Shown here: positions 29,501 to 38,854 of the stretch, in pieces
How positions within the stretch are numbered: position 1 is the stretch's first letter
Layout of the letters: every line of letters begins with the position of its first letter
Assembly: GCA_965237955.1 (NCBI GenBank)
Contig: OZ250169.1
Coordinates: 4,928,001-4,992,000 of the forward strand
Length of the DNA stretch: 64,000 nt
Direction: 5' to 3'
Origin: Candidatus Marinacidobacterales bacterium
Lineage (GTDB): Bacteria; Acidobacteriota; Vicinamibacteria; Marinacidobacterales; SMYC01
Notes under the pieces: model-generated
What the model was told of the DNA's origin: nothing
What the model saw: the letters and a program-made list of their open reading frames with translations, nothing else
The model's database searches: none
Translations under genes and position numbers: made by a program

Positions 29501-31188
29501 GTTCCTGTCCAGAAACACCATAACTTGTGGTGTGCGACAGGCCTACCGAAGATGTGGGTATTATACGGTTTCGGTAGGGAACTTCGTAGGGTTGAGAGCG
29601 AATGAAAATCTTGGACGAAACGAGAGGCGAATCGTCAGGAATCCAAGGCTATGGGAGCGGAAGAGTAATAGTTATTATCTTAATAGATGTCTCGCCATCA
29701 CCAGTAGATTGCAGGTGATGATGGAACCCCATACGTACGATTTAAAAGAAGGCAATGAGCGCCATGTGCATCGGTCGAGACCAAAGACTCGTTTCAAGAA
29801 CGAAATGACGCCTTCGATCCCGCAGCGAAATCGCCGCAGGCGTTGATAGACCCAGGAACTCTTGACCATATCGGTCACGGCGAAACCTTGAGCCTTGGTA
29901 AAGGCAACATCTTCAACTCCCTTGCCTTTGATGGCTTCCAAGTTTGCCTTTGAAGAAAACGCGCCATCGTAGGCGACCTGGCGCGGGGCCCGCTCGTAGA
30001 GTTCGACTAGACGGTCGATCATGGTTTCCGCGAGAGTTGAATCGGCCGGATTCCCATCCAAGATCACGCAATCCAAAATCATCGAGGACGAACCACCAGT
30101 CAGACACACCTTGTGACCGTAGAGGGTCTCGCGCCGGTCTTTGCGAATAATGTCGGTGTGTTCTTCGAAGACAGAAACGACCTTTTCCTCTGCAGGCACA
30201 CGCTCTTCGTCGATCACTCGGCGTTGGGTTTGGTTGATGACTTTCTTGGTGAGGACGAGAAAGTGCGCAAAATCCGCGGCGATCCTCTCCGTACTCGCTC
30301 GCTTCACAGGCTCGGTCAAGCCCGACTCTTCCAACTGTTCTGCAACGCGTTGAGCGGAGCGATAGGTTTCTTCCGTCACCTTCAGTAGATCTCGATAGAC
30401 GCGACGCCTTTGTTGCTTATCCTTCGCGTTCAGAACTCCCAGTCGACGTCTCTTCGCTCGACGCGTTCGATTGCCGAAGACCACTACTGTACCCAGCAGT
30501 TCGCGAGCTCCGCACATCAGGCGAGTGAGAACCCGAACACAGTCATAAAGAAGCTCGGAGTCTGTAGGCGGATGAATGTTTGATTCCACTACCGTGCAGT
30601 CCACTCGTACTTTTCTTCCCTTTTCGATCCCAGCATCCTCGGCAACGCTCACCAGCTCTCGGTTGATCTGCTCCAGCGTTTCGAACTTCACGGCTTTGAT
30701 GTTTGCTGCTAGGGTCGACTTCGACGGGGTCGGCTCTATGATGCCGAGCTGGCAAAACGTCCGATAGCTTCGAGAGTCTGCCAAGTGAAACGCCAGCTCT
30801 CGATAGCTGAACTGATTCAGCTGCTTGACCAACAACGCCCGGAGAACCTGCTCCGCGCTCATTCCCCCACGACCAACATCGCTCCCTGCCGATGGGGTGA
30901 CCGACTTCAGGTCTTGCAGTACCAGCTCATTGAGCTTAGGATGGGCATCGAGCAGCGACGAGATCGTTTCGAGTTCGCGTGCGTGCTCCAGCTCCAGCCA
31001 GGGCTCACGTAGATTTGGCTGTGGGTTGATCGTTTTTCGCATTTAGGGCTGGTCTCCTTTGGAGTTAAGTCATTTAGAATCGGATGTTTTCAACGACACG
31101 GTCCTAATCGACACCCCCTCAGAAGACTAGCCCTAAATTTGCGATTTCTCCTTTTTTCTCAATCCCTTACAGGCTTCAGGACGGGTAC
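29501..31188 (-). mobile_element. ISNCY-type (ISDol1-like) insertion sequence (1688 bp)
   Basis: Imperfect IRs GTTCCTGTCCAGAAAC / GTACCCGTCCTGAAGC; 6-bp DR TAGCTA (29495-29500, 31189-31194). Confidence 0.8.
29675..31042 (-). CDS. DDE transposase (ISNCY/IS5-like)
   Basis: RVDCTVVESNIHPPTDS, AYDGAF, FRCGIEGVISFLKR. Confidence 0.9.
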   Translation of the reverse strand: MRKTINPQPNLREPWLELEHARELETISSLLDAHPKLNELVLQDLKSVTPSAGSDVGRGGMSAEQVLRALLVKQLNQFSYRELAFHLADSRSYRTFCQLGIIEPTPSKSTLAANIKAVKFETLEQINRELVSVAEDAGIEKGRKVRVDCTVVESNIHPPTDSELLYDCVRVLTRLMCGARELLGTVVVFGNRTRRAKRRRLGVLNAKDKQQRRRVYRDLLKVTEETYRSAQRVAEQLEESGLTEPVKRASTERIAADFAHFLVLTKKVINQTQRRVIDEERVPAEEKVVSVFEEHTDIIRKDRRETLYGHKVCLTGGSSSMILDCVILDGNPADSTLAETMIDRLVELYERAPRQVAYDGAFSSKANLEAIKGKGVEDVAFTKAQGFAVTDMVKSSWVYQRLRRFRCGIEGVISFLKRVFGLDRCTWRSLPSFKSYVWGSIITCNLLVMARHLLR

Positions 31189-31191
31189 TAG

Positions 31192-31602
31192 CTAGCGCTG
31201 CGCTAACGCGCGCTTGACTATCTCGTCGATCAGGAACAGATCCGTCAGGAGGGCTCTGAGGTGAATCGAGGCGTTCATATTGTCGATCAGCTGCGAGCTC
31301 ATCGAAGCTTGCGCCAGCACGAGTTGCAGCCCCGCACTCGCTGCCCGCGCGTCCTGCTCGATGACGTTGATGAACGCGTGGTAGCGGTCCGCCGGCTCGA
31401 GGCCTTCGGAGGTCACCAGCGCTCGAAACTCGTGTGGGAGCTTCGAGACGGCTTCGTCGGCCTTCACGAGAAAATCTCGAAGCTGCCCGGCGCTTTTGTT
31501 GCCCTCGTCGCCATCGAGTCCTTGAGCGGCGTAAGCGAGCATGAACTCGTAGGTCTCTTCGATGATTTCGATAAGGGTCTTGAGGTCTGCTAGCGTCGTC
31601 AT
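31192..31602 (-). CDS. Hypothetical helical protein, last gene of the molybdoenzyme cluster
   Basis: 136-aa ORF co-oriented with the cluster; segments IEETYEFMLAYAAQG and SSQLIDNMNASIHLRALLTDLFLIDE look conserved. Confidence 0.7.
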   Translation of the reverse strand: MTTLADLKTLIEIIEETYEFMLAYAAQGLDGDEGNKSAGQLRDFLVKADEAVSKLPHEFRALVTSEGLEPADRYHAFINVIEQDARAASAGLQLVLAQASMSSQLIDNMNASIHLRALLTDLFLIDEIVKRALAQR

Positions 31603-31684
31603 GCTCTACGAACTGCCCAGACACATAAACTTGCGCACACAAGAATCCCCTCTCCACTCGGCGGTGGAGAGGGGAGGGATAGGT

Positions 31685-32527
31685 TTACTCCGAGGCCTTT
31701 TCGGTCACGACCCATCGCTCCGGGTCGTGATGTTCGACAAAATCCTTTTTCGTGATCCAACCTACGATCATGGAGATTGTCATCCATCGCTTCTCTGGCA
31801 GCACCGCGAAATAGACGTGGGCCATGAGCATGGCCACGAACCCCACCGCGGAGAGTCCGTGGATGACGTAGACAAGGCCCCAAGTGCTGTCCGCAAAGAG
31901 ATAGGGATTGCGAGCGAAGAGGGGGGTGTCGACACGTACCAGCATGACGAGCCCGGTAAGCATGACGCCGAAGGCGGCGAGGCTGATCATGCCGTGGAAC
32001 AGGCGCTGATCCACTGGGTACTTAGCCGACTTCGGCGGCGGCGGTCCTCCCTTGCCCCCCTTGCCCCCCTTACTCATGACACGCCGCATTTCTTGCTTCC
32101 ATTCGCTCCAATCCTTACCGTCGATCCACATGTCCCTCAGCTTCAGCCAGAACGTTGCGTGGACGATGTGAAAGATGATCGTGGCGATAAACGCGAGACC
32201 AGCAATCCAGTGAATGGCCAGCCAGTTGAACTGGATGCCCAGCACCGGGAAAAAACCAGTCACGAGGAGAACGAACACGGCAACGGTCATCACCCAGTGG
32301 AACAGTCGCGACGAGACTGAGTGCCGGACGACCTTGTCGGGAATGCCCGCAACGGAAGCGTCCGTCACTGCGCCCTCCGCTTTTGCGGGCGGGTTCTTCG
32401 CGCGATAGATGAGGTGTCCGATAACGAAAGCCGCCCCCACCGCCATGGAGAGCCAGAACAGATCCCATGAGATCCGGATGAGGGTTTCCTGACCCCAGGG
32501 ATTCTGCGCCCACTGGAATATGCTCAT
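31685..32527 (-). CDS. Cytochrome b/b6 domain protein (FdnI-like membrane anchor)
   Basis: RHSVSSRLFHW, IHW, IHGL, MAHVYFA heme-ligand histidines in TM helices; WITK...HH. Confidence 0.85.
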   Translation of the reverse strand: MSIFQWAQNPWGQETLIRISWDLFWLSMAVGAAFVIGHLIYRAKNPPAKAEGAVTDASVAGIPDKVVRHSVSSRLFHWVMTVAVFVLLVTGFFPVLGIQFNWLAIHWIAGLAFIATIIFHIVHATFWLKLRDMWIDGKDWSEWKQEMRRVMSKGGKGGKGGPPPPKSAKYPVDQRLFHGMISLAAFGVMLTGLVMLVRVDTPLFARNPYLFADSTWGLVYVIHGLSAVGFVAMLMAHVYFAVLPEKRWMTISMIVGWITKKDFVEHHDPERWVVTEKASE

Positions 32528-32528
32528 G

Positions 32529-33533
32529 CTAGGCTCCCTGGATGGCGCGCTTCACGAGATTCCGCATGAGCGGGATCTTGTACGCGTTGTGCTGAAGCGG
32601 ACGGTTGCCGAGAATCGCGAGCTCACCGGCAGCCTTGCCGACGTCCTCGGTCGCTGAGAGTCCCTTCAGCTGGCGCTCCACATCACGGAGACGAAGCGGC
32701 CGCGGCCCGACAGCGTTCACCACGATACGAATGTCCTCGATCGTGTTGCCGGAAAGTTTCATCGCGGACGAAACGCTCACGAGCGCGAAGTCCCACGCCT
32801 GCCGATCCCGGACTTTCTCGAAGTAGAACCGCGCACCTCCCCACGTGCCGGGAATACGGATCGACGTCAGGAGGTCACCAGGCTCGAGGATGGTCATGCG
32901 GGTGATGTCGATTGCCGGTGTGATGAAATAGTCTTCGGCGTCGACGACCTTCTCGCCGCCCGGACCCTGGATGACGAACTTTGCGTCGAGGGCGATGAGC
33001 GCCGGAGCGGTATCGGACGGGTTGACAGCCACGCAGCGGTTCGCCTCGAACAGCGCGTGCTCGCGGTTGATGGAGGTCGGTGTATCAGCGTAGCAAATAT
33101 TGCCACCCGCTCGATAGCAGGGCCAGCCGCCACGGTAGTACCAGCAGCGCGTGTCCTGCGAGACATTGCCGCCGATCGTTCCCTGGTTTCGGATCTGCGG
33201 CGTCGCCACCTTGGAGGCCGCGTCGGACAAAAGCCCGAATCTGGACTGGATGCCGGCGTGAGCAGCCACCTCGGTGAGCGTCGTCATCGCGCCGATCTCG
33301 ACGCCGTCTTCGAGGTCAGGGACGTCACGGATACCGCGAAGCTCTTCGATGCCGCCGAGGTCGATGACGGCATCGGGTCGCTTGATGCGATCCTTGAACC
33401 AGTCGAGGCTGTCGAGCCCACCCGCGTATGCCCAGGAGGCTTTGCCGTAGCGGCGCTTGAGCGCCAGGGCGTCTTCGAGGCTCGAAGGCTGAAAGAGCTC
33501 GAAGGCTGGAATCGTGTCACGGATCACGGCCAT
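32529..33533 (-). CDS. Xanthine dehydrogenase family FAD subunit (PaoB/HcrB-type with Fe-S insert)
   Basis: AGGLD, IGAMTTL, ATPQIRNQGTIGGN, RCWYYR...C...C...C insert. Confidence 0.9.
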   Translation of the reverse strand: MAVIRDTIPAFELFQPSSLEDALALKRRYGKASWAYAGGLDSLDWFKDRIKRPDAVIDLGGIEELRGIRDVPDLEDGVEIGAMTTLTEVAAHAGIQSRFGLLSDAASKVATPQIRNQGTIGGNVSQDTRCWYYRGGWPCYRAGGNICYADTPTSINREHALFEANRCVAVNPSDTAPALIALDAKFVIQGPGGEKVVDAEDYFITPAIDITRMTILEPGDLLTSIRIPGTWGGARFYFEKVRDRQAWDFALVSVSSAMKLSGNTIEDIRIVVNAVGPRPLRLRDVERQLKGLSATEDVGKAAGELAILGNRPLQHNAYKIPLMRNLVKRAIQGA

Positions 33534-33545
33534 TGCATTTCCTCC

Positions 33546-35951
33546 TTAGACGTCGGTCTCGAGGACCTTGATGGGCTGCGGCCTGTTCTCGAGCTGATTC
33601 AGAATCAAGTCGGTCGTCATCGGTGAGCGCTTGAGGTCGAACTCACCGATAGCGTCCTGGATGGCGCACAGAACAGCCGCGACGCCGGCACCGAACGGTG
33701 CCTCGCCGATGCCTTTGGCGCCGACAGGATTTTGCGGATCGGGCAACTCGACCGCGCCCGCCTTCATATCGAGCGGAACATCCAGTATGGACGGCGGCTT
33801 CGCGGTGTAGAGCCGTTGCGTGAACGGTACGCCCCATTTCGGGTCGTACACCCACTTTTGGCTCCGGGCGAGTCCAAAACCCTGGATGCCGCCGCCCAGG
33901 ATCTGGGCGCTCAGGCCTCTTGGGTTCAAGACGCTGCCGGTGTCGCATACAGCGGTGTAGTGCTGGATGTCGACGCCACCGGTCTCACGGTCGACTTCGA
34001 CCTTGGCGACGCCGACCACGAAGGACCAGAGGTCACCCTCGCCGCCGTAGTTGTCCTTGGCGGCGCCCATGACGCCTTGTCCGGCCAGCCCGGCTGCGGC
34101 CGCCTTGGTCCAGTTGTTCAAGTCCTCGGCCACCTCGTGCCCGTCGAACGTGCCACCAAGCTCGATCGCGCGCGCGGCCGCACGGGCCAGTGTCATGCCG
34201 CTCGCGCGGTTACCTTTGCGGTGCACGCGACCACCGGACACATCGTAGCTGTCCGGCGACCCACCGAGGTCTTTGGCCGCGATCTCCTGGAGATTTTTCT
34301 TGAGCGCGGTTGCGGCCGCGTGGTTGGCGCGCGTGTGAGCATGGGTCGTCTGGCTTCCTGCCTGGCTGGCCGAGTGGGGGAGATGTTTGCCGGTGTTACC
34401 CCACACGACCACGGTGTCTTCCCAAGGGATGTCGAGCACGTCGCACGCCACGCGCGCCGTGTCGAAGGTCGAGTGGGTCCCGAGGTTGCCGATACCTTGA
34501 TGGACGTAGAGCTTTCCATCCGGCCTGATGACCATCAGACCGTCGAAGCCGCGGCTTCCGGCCACGTAGGACGACAGCGCGACGCCGACGCCGGTAACTT
34601 TGCTGCCGTTCGTCTTGCCGCTTTCCTGCTTGAGCTCTTCCCAGTTCACCATCTCACGGGCTTTGTCGAAAGTCTCACGGACGTAGGCGGAGGTGACGTG
34701 GTGCTGGTTCGAGCCGTACACGGTGTCGTTGTCGGGCGCGTTGATCTTCCGGATCTCGATGCGGTCGAGGTTGAGCTCCTTCGCCGCCTTGTCAATCACC
34801 GGTTCGACCATCGCCGTTATCTGGACACCACCCGGTGCTCTCTGCGCTGCCCGCGTGGGCGTGTTGGTGAGAATCGAGATACCGCGGAAGCGCATGTTGA
34901 GCGGCGTGTAGTTGAGCGACACGCACCGGCTGGCGCTCTGGAAATCTCCGGAGCGTCCGTACCCGCCGTTGTCCTGGATGATGTACATGTCGATCGCGGT
35001 GATACGGCCGTCGGCCCTGAAGCCCATCTTGATGCGGCCTTGGAAGCCCGGTCGTGCACGACCGTAAGCGTTTTCTTCCTCCCGGGTCACACGATGCATG
35101 ACCGGCCGGCCCGCCTTCTTCGACAACAGGGCAGCGATGGCCATGTTCACCGTGCCGCCGATCTTGCTCCCGAATCCGCCGCCGCAGTACTCGGCGATGA
35201 GCACTACCTGCGTCGGGTCGATACCGACTTGTTGGGCGACACGGCTAGCGGTGCGCTGTGTGCTCTGGGTCGACGGGTGGACGTAGAGCTTGTCGTTTTG
35301 CCAGTACGCCATGCAGCTTCTTGTCTCGAGCGGGTGATGTGTCTGCGACTGGTGGTAGAGGGTTTCGTCGAGGACGAGGTCGGCCTCTTCGAAGCCTTGC
35401 GCCACGTCGCCGAGCTCGAACTCTTCCTCGGGCTGACCCATGGGCATGTCTTCGCCGGCGTCGCTGAAGTCCTGCGCCGTCCACTTGATCTCGACGACCT
35501 CTTTCCTGTCCTTGACGGTGTTACCGCCTTCCCGTGCGTTCGGGCCACCAGGACGAAGGCTGTCGAGCGGGTTGATCACGAAAGGCAGAGGCTCGTAATC
35601 GACTTTGATCGCTTCGATGGCGTTGGCGGCGGTTTCCTCGTCTACCGCGGCGACGGCGAGGATGGGCTCGCCCTGGTACATCGGCTCCATGGTGAGAGCG
35701 CGATCGCTACCGATGAGGTTGTCGGTCTCCGGCAAGTCGTCGGCAGTGATGATGGCCTCGACACCTTTCATCCTTTCGGCGGCGCGGGTGTCGATGTTGC
35801 GGACACGTGCGTGAGGCATGGGGCTCATGAGAAGTCTCGTCATGAGCATGCCCTCGGCCCGGAAATCTTCCGCATACTTCGCCTTTCCCGTCATCTTCGC
35901 GACGAGATCCGGCGCGGAGTAGTCGGTTCCGAACAGTTTTCCGTTGGCCAC
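33546..35951 (-). CDS. Xanthine dehydrogenase family molybdopterin-binding subunit
   Basis: KMTGKAKYAED, SPMPHAR, GGGFGSK, AQRAPG, AKGIGE. Confidence 0.93.
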   Translation of the reverse strand: MANGKLFGTDYSAPDLVAKMTGKAKYAEDFRAEGMLMTRLLMSPMPHARVRNIDTRAAERMKGVEAIITADDLPETDNLIGSDRALTMEPMYQGEPILAVAAVDEETAANAIEAIKVDYEPLPFVINPLDSLRPGGPNAREGGNTVKDRKEVVEIKWTAQDFSDAGEDMPMGQPEEEFELGDVAQGFEEADLVLDETLYHQSQTHHPLETRSCMAYWQNDKLYVHPSTQSTQRTASRVAQQVGIDPTQVVLIAEYCGGGFGSKIGGTVNMAIAALLSKKAGRPVMHRVTREEENAYGRARPGFQGRIKMGFRADGRITAIDMYIIQDNGGYGRSGDFQSASRCVSLNYTPLNMRFRGISILTNTPTRAAQRAPGGVQITAMVEPVIDKAAKELNLDRIEIRKINAPDNDTVYGSNQHHVTSAYVRETFDKAREMVNWEELKQESGKTNGSKVTGVGVALSSYVAGSRGFDGLMVIRPDGKLYVHQGIGNLGTHSTFDTARVACDVLDIPWEDTVVVWGNTGKHLPHSASQAGSQTTHAHTRANHAAATALKKNLQEIAAKDLGGSPDSYDVSGGRVHRKGNRASGMTLARAAARAIELGGTFDGHEVAEDLNNWTKAAAAGLAGQGVMGAAKDNYGGEGDLWSFVVGVAKVEVDRETGGVDIQHYTAVCDTGSVLNPRGLSAQILGGGIQGFGLARSQKWVYDPKWGVPFTQRLYTAKPPSILDVPLDMKAGAVELPDPQNPVGAKGIGEAPFGAGVAAVLCAIQDAIGEFDLKRSPMTTDLILNQLENRPQPIKVLETDV

Positions 35952-35952
35952 G

Positions 35953-36588
35953 TTAACCCCTCCGCGAATAGTCGGCCGCGCTCACCGCGCAGTCGAGAAT
36001 CTTGTTGTAGTCGCAGCACCGGCAAAGGTTGCCCGCGAGGGCCTCGGCCGCTTCCGCGCGCGTGGGACTGTGGTTCGCATCGACCATCGCCACCATGCTC
36101 ATGATGAACCCGGGCGCGCAGAAGGCGCACTGGAAGCCCGCTCCGTCGACGACGGCTTGTTGCACGGGATGGAGAGTGCCGTCCGCGTCTTGGAGGCCTT
36201 CGATCGTCGTCACTTCACGACCGCGAACGCTGTGCGTGAGCACGGAGCACGCGTAATGAGTCGTGCCATCGAGAAGCACGGTGCAACTACCGCACTCGGC
36301 TCGATCGCAACCCATCTTGGTGCCGGTAAGCCCGAGCTTGTAACGAAGCGTCGTGGTCAGCGTCTCTTGTTTCAAAACGTCGACGCGGCGGTCCTGGCCG
36401 TTCACGCGCAGCGTGATAAGCCGTTCGACAGCGCCGGGCGCACCCGATTGGGCGTGAGCGACGCCCGCGCGGAAGAGATAGCCGGCGGAGTACGTCGCTG
36501 CTCCTCCGGCGATGACGCCTTTGATGAAGTTGCGTCTCGAATAACTCTGGTCTTGATCTAATCTTGGCTCAAATTCTGTCTCTGCCAT
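35953..36588 (-). CDS. 2x[2Fe-2S] subunit with Tat signal (PaoA-like)
   Basis: SRRNFIK Tat motif; GCDRAECGSC, QCAFC, NLCRC. Confidence 0.92.
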   Translation of the reverse strand: MAETEFEPRLDQDQSYSRRNFIKGVIAGGAATYSAGYLFRAGVAHAQSGAPGAVERLITLRVNGQDRRVDVLKQETLTTTLRYKLGLTGTKMGCDRAECGSCTVLLDGTTHYACSVLTHSVRGREVTTIEGLQDADGTLHPVQQAVVDGAGFQCAFCAPGFIMSMVAMVDANHSPTRAEAAEALAGNLCRCCDYNKILDCAVSAADYSRRG

Positions 36589-36775
36589 GGGAAGGTCACC
36601 TCTCCTTCGATACACGAAGGGCGTGCGAAAAGTGGTTCTAGGGTGCGCGGCCCCTAGCTCCGTGCTCCAAATACGTGGTTGGGAATATCACAACATAGAG
36701 TGGTTGTGCAAGTGCCGAGCATACTCTGGCTTGCGGTTCTGTCTGGCCGACAATAGACTGTTACCCGAGCGCGCC

Positions 36776-37240
36776 GTGTACTCACTCTACGCTTTGTTGG
36801 GACGTACCAACGACTTGGAGCCGAAGCCGCAGTCGTTCACGAGTGCCCGCTGCCTGCGCCTGGGCGGTGGGCTCAGCATGGTTCCGCTCGCCGAAGACCT
36901 CCTTGCGGAGATACAGAAGGCGGGGGCGGCCCCGGGTGGGGCCAGTGTCGCCGGGGCGTTCGAGTTTCTTTCCCCGGGAATCGAAGCGTGGGTCCAGGCG
37001 CTTTCGGCGGGCACCGCGCTCGCGTACATCGAGACCGAGTATGTCGGGGGTGAAGGTTTCGAGCGCGCGGGTGTGTGGAGCCACGGCAAGATAGCACTCG
37101 GCCCCCTCGATGGAGCAGGCTCGATCAACCAGGCGCTTCGTGCCCTGGGAGTCCAGCCAGCCCCGGGAATCGAAGAGTTCGAGCTCGTCGGCCTCGGTCG
37201 CTATCGAAGCCTGGACGAGTGGCATCAGGACGCCGGCTGA
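36776..37240 (+). CDS. Hypothetical protein
   Basis: Coding-like ORF with LAYIETEYVGGEG and SINQALRALGV...FELVGLGRYR; start uncertain. Confidence 0.55.
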   Translation: MYSLYALLGRTNDLEPKPQSFTSARCLRLGGGLSMVPLAEDLLAEIQKAGAAPGGASVAGAFEFLSPGIEAWVQALSAGTALAYIETEYVGGEGFERAGVWSHGKIALGPLDGAGSINQALRALGVQPAPGIEEFELVGLGRYRSLDEWHQDAG

Positions 37241-37666
37241 TCAGACTCCGTGTAGAGCCACGCGCCCGCGACCGTCGCGAGGGTGACCTCGACCAGGCTC
37301 CACACGGTCGCGATCACAAGGAGATTCATGGGAAACCAGCCCATCGCCATGAAACTGATGTTCGGGACAAGCCACCCCAGAGCCCAGACCGTGAGGCCGG
37401 CGCAGGCGGCGGTCTTCGCTCCTGGGCCGAAACGCGGGCGGATGGCCGCATACAGCCACACCGCCAAGATCCCGACGGCGAAACCCATGATCACGAAAAT
37501 CATGATGGCGCCTGAGCCAGGGGGCTCCTGGTTCATGCCTGCCATGACTTCCTTGAGCTCGGCGCCCAGAATCGGCTCGTTCAGAATGAACTCTCCAATA
37601 TTGATGATGAGACCGGCCAGGAGACCGCCTCCGAACAACGCGTGCCCAATTGATATTGTCCTTCAC
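37225..37666 (-). pseudogene. Four-TM membrane protein with a 1-nt frameshift near 37640
   Basis: GGAGG-preceded GTG gives MKDNINWARV, then continues in another frame as FGGGLLAGLIINIGE...WLYAAIRPRFGPG. Confidence 0.65.
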
Positions 37667-37778
37667 AGCTCACCTCCTACAGTGGGCGGCATTCTAATAC
37701 GCAATTGGCTTCGCCGCCGAGTTCACGCTATAGTCCGCGCGGTTCGGGTTCGGGTTCAATCAATGAAAGCGAGGCTCG

Positions 37779-38399
37779 ATGCGAAAACTGTGCTTGCTCT
37801 GGATCGTGTTCTTCGTTGCGGGAATCGCCACAGATGATGCTCACGCCGAGAGCGCGCTCACGGTCTTCGGCGGCGCCAACATCGGCGGCGATCTCAGCCT
37901 CCTGACCGATGGCGGCAACCTCGACCTCGCGACGTCGATCAAGAACAGCCCGATTTTCGGCATGCGCGTCGGCTCGTACGGCTTTCCCATCGGCTTCGAA
38001 GGGAGCTTGACCTACAGCCCATCTGCGCTCATCGGTGGCATCAACGATCAACTCGACATCAAGACCAACATTCTCTATGTCGAAGCGAATGCTCTCGTGA
38101 TCATCCTTCCGGGGCCAATTGCGCCTTTCGTCACTGGTGGCATCGGCGTTCATTACTTGAACTTCGATCTCGCCGACTTGACGACGACGAGCCAGACGAA
38201 GTTCGGTTGGAATCTCGGAGGCGGGTTGAAAATCAACGTCGCGCGGGTCGCGTTTCGAGTGGACATCCGCGACCACATCACGACGCTAGGCCTCAGCGAC
38301 TTCGGGCTCGGTATCATCGGCGACATCCTCGGTTTGGCGAGCACCGACGCACGCGTCCATAACGTCGAGCTCTCGTTCGGCGTCGGCATCCGCTTTTAG
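37779..38399 (+). CDS. Outer-membrane beta-barrel protein (OmpA-like 8-strand)
   Basis: Signal peptide, PFVTGGIG, FGWNLGGG, C-terminal GVGIRF. Confidence 0.8.
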   Translation: MRKLCLLWIVFFVAGIATDDAHAESALTVFGGANIGGDLSLLTDGGNLDLATSIKNSPIFGMRVGSYGFPIGFEGSLTYSPSALIGGINDQLDIKTNILYVEANALVIILPGPIAPFVTGGIGVHYLNFDLADLTTTSQTKFGWNLGGGLKINVARVAFRVDIRDHITTLGLSDFGLGIIGDILGLASTDARVHNVELSFGVGIRF

Positions 38400-38409
38400 A
38401 TCCTTTTTT

Positions 38410-38492
38410 AACGCAAAGGCGCAAAGGCGCAGAGACGCAAAGTCCATAAGGTCGCTTTTCTTTGCGCTTTTGCGCCCTTGCGCCTTTGCGTT
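38410..38492. repeat. Inverted pair of octamer tandem arrays (REP-like hairpin)
   Basis: Four (R)CGCAAAG-type units at 38410-38442 mirrored by four CTTTGCG(Y)-type units at 38460-38492. Confidence 0.75.
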
Positions 38493-38814
38493 TCGTTTTT
38501 CCAGCGTTTCGAGTCGTGGTGTTTTTCCCTCGATTCGGCGGGGTAGATCGGCCGCGCTTTGAGTCACGGTAACGGCACGCTACTTCGTCTACAGTATTCC
38601 CATGGTGATCGAACAAAACCCCAACGTCATTCCTCAACCGAGTGGAGTGGTCCCGCCGTCCCCAACGGCGGGGCGTTCCTCCTAAACTGCATTCGAACCA
38701 ACGCGCCCGCGCTCCTCGCGCGGGCTAGCCCTCCGCTCGACTTCGCTCGCTGCGGAAGGCGGCCCACCACAACGGCCAATTTCGCAGTCACTTACAGGCC
38801 TCGGCGTCTGATTT

Positions 38815-38823
38815 TGCTATAAT
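38815..38823 (+). promoter_or_regulatory. Extended -10 promoter upstream of moxR
   Basis: TGcTATAAT 31 nt before the ATG at 38855. Confidence 0.5.
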
Positions 38824-38854
38824 CCGTGCGCTTGCCGGCCCAATAAATGCCAAA

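Noticed and set aside
33732-36104. 790-aa plus-strand ORF
   Set aside because: Antisense shadow of the Mo subunit, as expected in GC-rich DNA, with no motifs. The same applies to 8432-9886, 26148-27863 and 58966-60033.
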